From contig JAJRWY010000312.1 in assembly GCA_024276575.1 (NCBI GenBank), positions 1,161 through 65,160 of the forward strand: DNA of 64,000 bases, read 5' to 3'. The DNA comes from Candidatus Binatota bacterium. Lineage in GTDB: Bacteria; Desulfobacterota; Binatia; UBA1149; CAITLU01. Position numbers and translations under genes: made by a program. This document shows positions 26,358-33,891 of this stretch, piece by piece. The notes beneath the pieces were generated by a model that saw only the letters and a program-made list of their open reading frames with translations, ran no database searches and was not told the DNA's origin. Each line of letters opens with the position of its first letter. Position 1 is the first letter of the stretch.

Positions 26358-29174
26358 GTGAGCGGCAACCCCGGCAGCCCGGTTTACCTGATCGACGTCA
26401 GTTTTTTCGTTTTTCGGGCCTACCACGCGTTGCCTCCGTTGAACACCTCATCGGGGCAGGCTACCAATGCGGTTCACGGGGTCGCGACCATGCTCGAGCG
26501 GCTGCTGCGCTCGGAAAGGCCCATCTATGTCGGAGCCTGCTTCGATTCTTCCGGCGACACCTTCCGCCATGAAATCTACCCCGACTACAAAGCCAACCGC
26601 GACGAACCCGATGAAGATTTGAAGCTTCAGTTCCCGTTGGTACGGCGCCTGATTCGCGCGATGAACATAACGTGTTTCGAGCACGCGGGCGCTGAAGCCG
26701 ACGATATTCTCGCGACTCTGGCGCTGCGTTGCTCGCGGGCCGGGCATAGTGTGGTGATCGTCACCGGGGACAAGGATCTCATGCAGTGTGTCAGTGACCG
26801 GGTCTCTCTGTCGGATCCGGTCAAGGGGCGGCGGGTCGGCAAGCCTCAGGTTCTGGAGAAGTTCGGTGTGGCTCCGGAGAGTGTTCCCGATGTGCTCGGT
26901 TTGATGGGGGATTCTTCCGACAATATTCCGGGTATCAAGGGTATAGGGCCAAAGAGTGCGGCGGTATTGATGGCCCATTTCGGATCTTTGGAGCAAATGT
27001 ACGAAAGGCTCGATGAGATTGAGTCGCTTTCTCTTCGCGGCGCCAAGGCGGTGCGCAAGAAGATCGAAGAAGGCCGGGCCATGGCCTTGCTGTGCCGCCG
27101 TCTGGCGACCGTCGACTACGAAATACCGGTGGATGCGGAACTCGAAGATCTACGCCTCTGTAAGCTCTCGAGCCCTGAACTCGAGGCTTTGGCTGAAGAA
27201 CTGGAGATGAGAAAGCTGCCGGTTCGCATGCGGGAGTTGGCGAGCAACCTAGGGCTCGAGATCGACAGTGGTGGTGTGGACCGTGAAGGCCATGGCGAGG
27301 CGGCGATCGAGAAGGATGGTGAAGTGCCGGGCAGATCCGCGAGTCCGGACGCAAAGATGCCTAAGCGGTCCGGGAACGGAGCTGAGGATCTCGGATTCGC
27401 GAATTCAGGGTCCGGTGAGGCTACGGGGTCAGGGATAGAGACCGGGGCTACCAGGGACCTTTTTACGACAGTTACAGATGCCGCGCAGCTGCGGAGCTGG
27501 GGAGATTGGCGGGCCATGGCCGGCGCCAGGGTCTACGTTGTTTTGATCACCGGCGGAGATTCCGCTCCCGGCCCGGCCGTACTGGCTGTCGGCCGTCCGG
27601 CGGGTGGGGAAGGGGAGTTCTTCGAGTCGGCCCTCCTGGTTGGCGAGGCGGTCCTGACACAGTGCCTGTCCGCCTACGCGGAAGCGGAAACAGATTTGGT
27701 TGGAGTGGATATCAAGGGCCTGTGCCGTGATTTCTCGGCGCGGCCGGGAAGCGACGGCCTCGATCTGGGAGTCGCTTCGTATCTGATCGACGCTTCAGCC
27801 GGGGATCACGGCCGCGAAGACATGGCCCGCCGCTTGCTCGGCGAAGAAGCTGTCGCGCTCGAAGCACGGCCTGATGCGGTCGAAGCCGCGCTTGCACAAT
27901 TACGTAGGCTCGAGTCGCGCGTGCTCGAATTGCTGAAGGAGCGTGAACAGACAAAGCTCTACCGAGAGCTTGAACACCCACTGCTTTCCTTGCTCGCCGC
28001 CATGGAAGCGCGTGGCATAATGCTCGACGTTGAGGCTCTGCACGCGATGTCGCGGGATCTGGAAGCAAGCATGGCCGAGTTGGTGGGCCGGGTCTATGAA
28101 GCCGCGGGTTGTGAATTCAACATTCTTTCGCCGCTGCAGTTGCGAGAGATCCTGTTCACGCGTCTCGGGCTGCCGAGCAAGGGGATCAAGAAGACCAAGA
28201 GCGGCCCCTCGACCGACAGCGATTCGCTGGCGGCACTGGCCGGCAAGCACCCTCTGCCCGATCTTGTCCTCGAGTACCGCGGTATGGCCAAGCTGAAGTC
28301 GACTTATGTGGACGCGTTGCCGCGCTTGGTCGACGAGCACGGGCGGATTCATACGAGACTCAACCAGACCGTGACTGCCACCGGCCGGCTCAGTTCCAAG
28401 GATCCTAACTTGCAGAACATTCCGGTGAGAACCGAGGAGGGTTCGCGTATAAGGGCGGCCTTCATCGCGCCGCCGGGAAGGCGCTTGGTGTCGGCGGATT
28501 ACAACCAGATAGAATTGAGGGTATTGGCCGAGTTGTCGCGCGACGAGAATCTGATCGCCGCTTTCGAGCAGGGGCTGGATATCCATACTGCGACTGCGGC
28601 CGAGTTGCTCGAGTTGCCGGCTGCGGAGGTGACGCCGGCGATGCGTCGTGAAGCCAAGGTGGTAAATTACGGGATCGTCTATGGTATGGGGCCGTCGCGC
28701 CTGTCACGAGAGCTTGGGATCAGCCGTGCGGCCGCTGCCGACTACATAGAGCGCTACTTCGAACGCTACGCCGGGGTTGCCCGCTACTACGAGCAAATGC
28801 TCGAGAGGGCGCGTGAACAGGGCTACGTATCTACGCTGTTTGGGCGCCGCCGCTATTTGCACGACATAAACAGTTCCCACGGAGGCCTTCGGCAAGCTGC
28901 GGAGAGAGTCGCGACCAACACCACCATTCAGGGTAGTGCCGCCGATTTGATCAAGCGCGCCATGGTCGATCTCGAGGCAGCCCTTGAAGCCAGTGGCGCA
29001 CCCGGCGCGGATCTCATTCTACAAATTCATTACGAGCTGTTACTCGAATGCGACGTGGGGGATGTCGATGCGGTTTCGGCCCTGCTGGTCGAGGTCATGG
29101 AGGGAGTTGCGGACCTCGTTGTTCCCGTTGCGGTCGAGGTGGGTAGCGGAAGCAATTGGGCCGAGGCCCACTGA
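26358..29174 (+). CDS. polA: DNA polymerase I
   Basis: 5'-nuclease domain (GAEADDILATLA, VTGDKDL, GDSSDNIPGIKGIGPK). Pol motifs A (SADYNQIELRVLA) and B (RREAKVVNYGIVYG) are present, but motif C reads QIHYELLLE. Start set at the in-frame GTG 26358 (VSGNPGSPVYLIDVS). Confidence 0.9.
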   Translation: MSGNPGSPVYLIDVSFFVFRAYHALPPLNTSSGQATNAVHGVATMLERLLRSERPIYVGACFDSSGDTFRHEIYPDYKANRDEPDEDLKLQFPLVRRLIRAMNITCFEHAGAEADDILATLALRCSRAGHSVVIVTGDKDLMQCVSDRVSLSDPVKGRRVGKPQVLEKFGVAPESVPDVLGLMGDSSDNIPGIKGIGPKSAAVLMAHFGSLEQMYERLDEIESLSLRGAKAVRKKIEEGRAMALLCRRLATVDYEIPVDAELEDLRLCKLSSPELEALAEELEMRKLPVRMRELASNLGLEIDSGGVDREGHGEAAIEKDGEVPGRSASPDAKMPKRSGNGAEDLGFANSGSGEATGSGIETGATRDLFTTVTDAAQLRSWGDWRAMAGARVYVVLITGGDSAPGPAVLAVGRPAGGEGEFFESALLVGEAVLTQCLSAYAEAETDLVGVDIKGLCRDFSARPGSDGLDLGVASYLIDASAGDHGREDMARRLLGEEAVALEARPDAVEAALAQLRRLESRVLELLKEREQTKLYRELEHPLLSLLAAMEARGIMLDVEALHAMSRDLEASMAELVGRVYEAAGCEFNILSPLQLREILFTRLGLPSKGIKKTKSGPSTDSDSLAALAGKHPLPDLVLEYRGMAKLKSTYVDALPRLVDEHGRIHTRLNQTVTATGRLSSKDPNLQNIPVRTEEGSRIRAAFIAPPGRRLVSADYNQIELRVLAELSRDENLIAAFEQGLDIHTATAAELLELPAAEVTPAMRREAKVVNYGIVYGMGPSRLSRELGISRAAAADYIERYFERYAGVARYYEQMLERAREQGYVSTLFGRRRYLHDINSSHGGLRQAAERVATNTTIQGSAADLIKRAMVDLEAALEASGAPGADLILQIHYELLLECDVGDVDAVSALLVEVMEGVADLVVPVAVEVGSGSNWAEAH

Positions 29175-29375
29175 GCAACCCGTTAGTCGTAGTCTCGCGG
29201 TGCTTTGCTGCACTTTCTGACCCTTGGGCGCTTCGTTGGCACCGTCTACGGGTCCGGCTTTGGGATCCGCTGCTGTTTTTTACCAAAGTTATTGGATTGC
29301 ATGGAGTTTCTTCGGCTTTGATGTGAATATGGCGTGATTGGTGGCGTCTACCGCTACTGATATGGAGCTGCATAC

Positions 29376-29945
29376 GTGGAATCAGATGATGGGGAACTCG
29401 TCGGCCGCGCCAAGAACGGTGACCGGCAGGCCATGCAGCAGCTCATGGAGCGCTACCAAGGGCGTCTCACAGGTGTTGCCGTTGGTATGCTCAAGAATCC
29501 CGACGATGCCAGTGAGGTCGTTCAAGAGACCTTCATTCGTGTCTTTCGCAACCTCGCCGGTTTCAAAGGCGACTCTTCATTCTACACGTGGGTGTACAGG
29601 ATAGCCGTGAACTTGGCGATTGATTTCAAGCGCCGCCAAGCTAAGCGGCCGTTAGTTGAGTTCGATGAGAGTCTCCCCCCCAGCGAAGAGCCCATTGGTT
29701 CCGGGGCCCACGATCTCGGCGAAGATCCTTTCAAGCGTGTCAGGAATAGAGAGTTGGGCCGCAAGATTTTTCAGGCGATGGACGATTTGACCCCTGATCA
29801 CCGGGCGGTCATACTTTTGCGGGAGATCGACGGACTCTCTTACGAGGAAATCAGCAAGGTTCTCGACTGTTCGATGGGAACCGTGATGAGCCGCCTTCAT
29901 TACGCGCGCAAGAAGCTGCAGACGCGCTTGACGGAGTTATTGTGA
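29376..29945 (+). CDS. ECF-type RNA polymerase sigma factor (RpoE-like)
   Basis: Region 2 (EVVQETFIRVFRNLAGFKGDSSFYTWVYRIAVNLAIDFKRR) and region 4 HTH (LSYEEISKVLDCSMGTVMSRLHYARKKL). Confidence 0.88.
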   Translation: MESDDGELVGRAKNGDRQAMQQLMERYQGRLTGVAVGMLKNPDDASEVVQETFIRVFRNLAGFKGDSSFYTWVYRIAVNLAIDFKRRQAKRPLVEFDESLPPSEEPIGSGAHDLGEDPFKRVRNRELGRKIFQAMDDLTPDHRAVILLREIDGLSYEEISKVLDCSMGTVMSRLHYARKKLQTRLTELL

Positions 29946-30829
29946 AGGCTGTTATGAGTGAGTGCGACAAAGCTTCTGCCAACGTGATGAACTGCGCTGA
30001 GTTCAAGAAGAACTTCGATCTTTATGTAGACGATGAACTTGTCGTGACCGTTCGTGATGCGGCTGCCATGCACATTGCCTCGTGCCCGGCGTGTGAAGAG
30101 GCAGTGACCCGCTTCCAACAAAACCGCTGCATGTTGACGACGGCCGTAGCTGAACTAGCTGCGGCCGTTGACGTTTCCGGAATGTGGGAGAGAGTCGAGG
30201 CGGCTCTGGGAACGCCCGTGGCCGTAGCTGTGGAGCCGGTGCCGTCGCGGCCGCCGGCTTTCGCGAATCCGGCAGCGGGCGATATGGCGGATGCCGCGTC
30301 AAGCTCTTTGGGTAGGCGCTTGGCCGCCGCTTTCGGTTTGCGGCCGCTTGGTTATGTGTGGCGTCTGGGAACTGCTGCGAGTTTGTCGGCGGTGGCTGCG
30401 GCGATGTTGTTTTTGTTGTTTGCTGCGCCTGGTGTGGAAGTGGCCGACAACTCCGCTTCCCGATTGCAGGGTAGTTGGGGGGCACTGAGCCGCCTAGCCG
30501 CCAACTCAGATTTGCCCGTTAGCGGATCATCAAGATTTTCCTCGAGGTTTTCCCATGGCACCGGTTCGCACGTTAAGCGGGTCGCGTCCCGGCGAGTGAA
30601 GGCTGGCGGCTTTAGTGATTTTGGAGTGCCGGTTTCTTTGTCGTTGCCGTCTAAATTCTCGACGGCACTTGGTGCGCAAGCCGTGAGCCAGGCCGTTCGC
30701 GTGGATGCCATTGAGGCGGGTCCGGGCAGTTCGGTTTCCACATGGGAACTTCCGCGCAGCGGCGGCCGCGTGATATGGGTTTCCTCTACTGCCCGCACGG
30801 CGGCGTCCGCCGAAGCATTCGGTCGATGA
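29942..30829 (+). CDS. Anti-sigma factor (zf-HC2 type), membrane-anchored
   Basis: 4-nt overlap with the sigma gene, N-terminal HxxxCxxC (HIASCPACEE), and a central TM (LGTAASLSAVAAAMLFLLFAA). Confidence 0.7.
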   Translation: MKAVMSECDKASANVMNCAEFKKNFDLYVDDELVVTVRDAAAMHIASCPACEEAVTRFQQNRCMLTTAVAELAAAVDVSGMWERVEAALGTPVAVAVEPVPSRPPAFANPAAGDMADAASSSLGRRLAAAFGLRPLGYVWRLGTAASLSAVAAAMLFLLFAAPGVEVADNSASRLQGSWGALSRLAANSDLPVSGSSRFSSRFSHGTGSHVKRVASRRVKAGGFSDFGVPVSLSLPSKFSTALGAQAVSQAVRVDAIEAGPGSSVSTWELPRSGGRVIWVSSTARTAASAEAFGR

Positions 30830-31392
30830 ACAAGCCTTTGCTCCGTGCCGTGGCTTCGGCGTTGCTGGCCTGTCTGGCTTCGTACCCGGCCAGTGTCACG
30901 GCAGAGGAGCGTGCTTCGGTTGCACAAAGTGCACAAAGAGTCGCACTTCGGGTGTCGATGGTAATGGCTTCCAACGAGTCGAGGTATTTCGACCCCCGGC
31001 TCAAAGATCTCCGTGCCCAGTTAAAGCCGCTTCCTTTCAAGAATTACCGCCTTTTGGGTGTTGAAACCCGAGACCTCAGTACCTGGGCCCAGTGCGGTTT
31101 CCGCATCCCCGGCGGCCGTTACTTGCACGTCACGACCCAGGAGCGAACCGCGGACCACATCAAGATGAGGGTACTGTTGAATGAACACAACCGCCCTTTG
31201 CTAAATGCCGATGTCAAGCTCGACCACGACTCTGTCATAGTGCTGGGCGGGCCGCAGGAAGAAGAGGGCACGTTGATCATAACCATACGTGCGGTTTCCG
31301 GCTTGATGGAGCACGCACAGCCGGCGGCGGTGCATGCCGGCGGCGATTTACTGGATAGCGTAGATTCAGCGCCAGACGAGGGGAGTGAGTAG
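30826..31392 (+). CDS. Hypothetical secreted protein (third gene of the ECF module)
   Basis: ATG 30826 overlaps the anti-sigma stop (ATGA). Signal peptide MNKPLLRAVASALLACLASYPASVTA. No family recognised. Confidence 0.5.
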   Translation: MNKPLLRAVASALLACLASYPASVTAEERASVAQSAQRVALRVSMVMASNESRYFDPRLKDLRAQLKPLPFKNYRLLGVETRDLSTWAQCGFRIPGGRYLHVTTQERTADHIKMRVLLNEHNRPLLNADVKLDHDSVIVLGGPQEEEGTLIITIRAVSGLMEHAQPAAVHAGGDLLDSVDSAPDEGSE

Positions 31393-31397
31393 CGGCG

Positions 31398-31703
31398 ATG
31401 TGGCCTTTCGACAATAGCTTCTATGAGGAAATATCGGCTCGGTTCGAAACTCTGCTCAAGGACGGTGAGGACGCCGGAAATACCAATGATCTGTCGGCTT
31501 TGCTTGCTCCGGTGGATCCTTTCAACCGTTCACCCTTGTTTACACCGGTCGTGAAAGCTCTGGGCGTCGCTGCGTTGGTAGCAATGACCGGGCTTGCCGC
31601 AGCCGGTTTAGTCGTGGCCTTCGTTGCTTTCCTCGGTCTTTACTTCTTGCTTACCGAAGTATTCGGTTACGAGCTTTCTCTGGCACCGCTGCAACCGATG
31701 TAG
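31398..31703 (+). CDS. Hypothetical small membrane protein
   Basis: Begins 5 nt after the previous gene. The acidic N-terminal half is followed by two hydrophobic helices (ALGVAALVAMTGLAAAGLVVAFVAFLGLYFLL). No homology support. Confidence 0.4.
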   Translation: MWPFDNSFYEEISARFETLLKDGEDAGNTNDLSALLAPVDPFNRSPLFTPVVKALGVAALVAMTGLAAAGLVVAFVAFLGLYFLLTEVFGYELSLAPLQPM

Positions 31704-32332
31704 ATTGCGTCTTGCCGTACGGCGAGACCGAGTATTAGAGCACAGGCGACGGCTGCCGCATCGCATGCCGCCACCGCGTGCCGCCACTGGCGCAGGTGCT
31801 TGTCGTAGCCACCGGCCTGCCGGCTGCGGTCTGAATAACGCGCGGGGAAATCGAGACCGGATGGTCCGTGATCTTGCGTTCGACGGTGGCTTGGCAAGGC
31901 GCCGTAGTTACGACAATCGCTAAACAGATCAGGAAGCGGTGCCTGTGGATGCACTCCGCAAACGAAACCGCAACCACCGCCATCCGGCTCAAAAGTGTAC
32001 CATACAATCGGTACCGAAGTTTTGCGGGCATGTTCGATTTGGTTCAGATCCGAATGCTCGACTCCCGCTACTATGTAGCAGGCGATAGAAGTGGATGTTT
32101 GTGTAGCTTTGCGACCTCGTCCCCGGAGGCTTTCAATGCCTGGACCATCGCTGCGCGAGGATACGCTGACCCCCGCTGCTCTCAAGTAAAGGGATGCTTG
32201 TTCCACGCCGCGAGGGTGCCCGAGCAGTACCACTGTCGCCGCCAGTAACTTTCCCTGGCCTTCCGCACCGATGCCGGGGATGATGATCTGTCGCGCATAG
32301 CGTTCAATGCTCTCATCATCGAGAGTAGCCAT
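31667..32332 (-). CDS. ThiF/MoeB-family (E1-like) protein with degenerate nucleotide-binding site; possibly a pseudo-enzyme or decaying gene
   Basis: The N-terminus IERYARQIIIPGIGAEGQGKLLAATVVLLGHPRGVEQASLYLRAAGV aligns with ThiF MRYSRQILL..I..DGQQKLL...VLIIGLGGLG..AALYLAGAGV, but GxGxxG is replaced by GHPRGV and the DxxxxSNLQRQ segment is missing. Later segments (VPIVWYTFEPDGGGCGFV, LPDLFSDC) still follow the ThiF pattern. Confidence 0.5.
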   Translation of the reverse strand: MATLDDESIERYARQIIIPGIGAEGQGKLLAATVVLLGHPRGVEQASLYLRAAGVSVSSRSDGPGIESLRGRGRKATQTSTSIACYIVAGVEHSDLNQIEHARKTSVPIVWYTFEPDGGGCGFVCGVHPQAPLPDLFSDCRNYGALPSHRRTQDHGPSGLDFPARYSDRSRQAGGYDKHLRQWRHAVAACDAAAVACALILGLAVRQDAIYIGCSGARESS

Positions 32333-32359
32333 ATCGCTAGCGAGGTCGTAGAGCAGATC

Positions 32360-32599
32360 TCATTCTATGACGTTCTTCTCTATCGGCTCGACAGTGACGC
32401 CTTGCTCGGCGATCCATCGTACGGCCCGGTCAATCTCGTCTTGCTCACCTTCGAGTTCGAGAGCCATGATGCCCACATGCTCAGAAATCGAAGCACCGCG
32501 TATATTGGTGACCACGCGGAACTTGTGTCCGACGTGGTAAACGATCGGCTCCTTTATCTTCTCTTGGCTGTAGGTCAGGTAGAAACGTTGAAGTGTCAT
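32360..32599 (-). CDS. Free-standing NIL-domain protein
   Basis: The 79-aa sequence (IVYHVGHKFRVVTNIRGASISEHVGIMALELEGEQDEIDRAVRWIAEQGVTVEPI) resembles the C-terminal NIL domain of MetN. ATGA overlap with the cysM-like stop. Confidence 0.7.
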   Translation of the reverse strand: MTLQRFYLTYSQEKIKEPIVYHVGHKFRVVTNIRGASISEHVGIMALELEGEQDEIDRAVRWIAEQGVTVEPIEKNVIE

Positions 32600-33579
32600 T
32601 GGTTCTCCTCCGCGGCGGCGAGTTCATGGCGGTCGCGCCAGCCGGTCCACAGATTCGTAGATAAGTAGCGGTCGCCAAAATCGGGTAGCACTACCACCAC
32701 GCACCCGGATTGCAACTCCGCAGCCACTTCCAGTGCTGCGACTACCGCGGCACCGGAGGACTGTCCGACCAGCAGACCTTCTTTGGCGGCCAACTCGTAA
32801 ACCATCTCGTAAGCGGCATCGGTAGCCACACCCACCTTGCGGTCGAAGCCGGATTCGTCGTAAATACCCGGCACGATCGAGCTGCCCATGTGCTTCAAGC
32901 CTTCTATCCCGTGGAAGGCGTCGTCGGGCTCCACGGCTATTATTTCGACCTCAGGCTTGCGCGATCTCAAGTAGCGGCCGCAGCCCATTACGGTTCCGCT
33001 GGTACCGATCGTGGCGAGAAAGTGAGAGACGCGGCCGGCAGTTTGCTCCCAGATCTCGGGTCCTGTGGTCAGGAAGTGGGCCTCCGGATTGGCCGGGTTG
33101 TAGTACTGGTCGGGTTTGAAGTACGCGTCGGGATCGGCGTCGAACATCTTTTTGGCCAAGACGATGGAGCCGTCGGACCCTTCCATCGGATCGGACTCGA
33201 CTATTTCGGCGCCGTAAGCCGCAATCACCCGCAATCGTTCGCGTGAGGCGTTGGCGGGTATCACTAATTTTACCGGATATCCCAGCGCAGCGCCGATCAT
33301 CGCCAGCGCGATGCCGGTGTTGCCGGAAGTAGAATCGAGAATGGTTTTGCCGGGGCGTAAGTGTCCGTCTTCCAATCCACGACGCACCATGTTCCAGGCC
33401 GGGCGGTCTTTGACCGAACCGCCGGGGTTGAAGCCCTCGACTTTGGCGTACACTTCTACACCGCCGGCCAAGTGCGGGGTTACACCTCGCAGTTGGAGCA
33501 ACGGTGTGTCGCCGATCAAGTCGAGTATGCCTGTGGCCTCCGCCTCATTAAGGGTCGGCTGTTGGCGAGTCCGGTGCAC
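32596..33579 (-). CDS. cysM: CysM/CysK-family PLP-dependent sulfhydrylase (cysteine synthase B-like)
   Basis: IGDTPLLQL, PLP lysine in NPGGSVKDRPA, STSGNTGIALA, and GTSGTVMG. GTG 33579 is the only usable start upstream of the conserved ILDLIGDTPL. Confidence 0.85.
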   Translation of the reverse strand: MHRTRQQPTLNEAEATGILDLIGDTPLLQLRGVTPHLAGGVEVYAKVEGFNPGGSVKDRPAWNMVRRGLEDGHLRPGKTILDSTSGNTGIALAMIGAALGYPVKLVIPANASRERLRVIAAYGAEIVESDPMEGSDGSIVLAKKMFDADPDAYFKPDQYYNPANPEAHFLTTGPEIWEQTAGRVSHFLATIGTSGTVMGCGRYLRSRKPEVEIIAVEPDDAFHGIEGLKHMGSSIVPGIYDESGFDRKVGVATDAAYEMVYELAAKEGLLVGQSSGAAVVAALEVAAELQSGCVVVVLPDFGDRYLSTNLWTGWRDRHELAAAEENQ

Positions 33580-33854
33580 GCGCCGCCGGCGATAGCGGGA
33601 ACGATGGAGATTTCGTCGCCGTCTTTGACGGCGGACTCCAGGTCATCAAGAAAGCGAATGTCATCGCCGTTCACGTAAACATTTACGAAACGCCGTACTG
33701 AACCGTCGCGTTCGCAGATGCGCTCCTTGAGGCCTGGATGGGCTGCCTCGACGCTGTCGAGAACCGCGGCCACGGTCGAGCCTTCTGCGTCGACGGCTTC
33801 GTTGCCGCCTGTAAACTTTCTCAGGGGTGTGGGGATTCTTACCCGGACTGCCAT
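33516..33854 (-). CDS. MoaD/ThiS-family sulfur-carrier protein (CysO/MetO-like) with 21-codon extension beyond Gly-Gly
   Basis: ATG 33854 is preceded by AGGAGGAAC. The 91-aa beta-grasp-like sequence ends ...DGDEISIVPAIAGG, which is typical carrier length, and then the ORF continues ACTGLANSRPLMRRRPQAYST to TGA 33516. Confidence 0.8.
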   Translation of the reverse strand: MAVRVRIPTPLRKFTGGNEAVDAEGSTVAAVLDSVEAAHPGLKERICERDGSVRRFVNVYVNGDDIRFLDDLESAVKDGDEISIVPAIAGGACTGLANSRPLMRRRPQAYST

Positions 33855-33891
33855 GTTGTAGTTCCTCCTAAGTCGAATTCCGCCGATCCTA

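Noticed and set aside
26087-26368. 94-codon N-terminal extension of the ABC ATPase ORF
   Set aside because: ABC ATPases of this type begin a few residues before the first beta strand (MIDVKNLSKSYG). The extension is Pro/Ser/Leu-rich and would overlap the polA leader.
27900-28586. 228-aa ORF on the minus strand, and similar ORFs inside polA
   Set aside because: They are antisense to the polymerase domain of polA. No motifs.
29249-29281. CGGGTCC...GGATCCG stem followed by a T6 run downstream of polA
   Set aside because: The T-run is separated from the stem by 6 nt and the stem needs a G-U pair. This is weak evidence for an intrinsic terminator.
30551-30567. TGGCAC-N5-CGCA, resembling a sigma54 -24/-12 element
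   Set aside because: The -12 element is not TTGC, and the site lies inside the anti-sigma coding region with no gene start downstream.
33517-33519. TTGA overlap that could make TTG 33519 the cysM-like start, coupled to the carrier stop
   Set aside because: Starting there would delete the conserved ILDL residues preceding IGDTPL and leave no N-terminal residues before the motif. GTG 33579 is more plausible.
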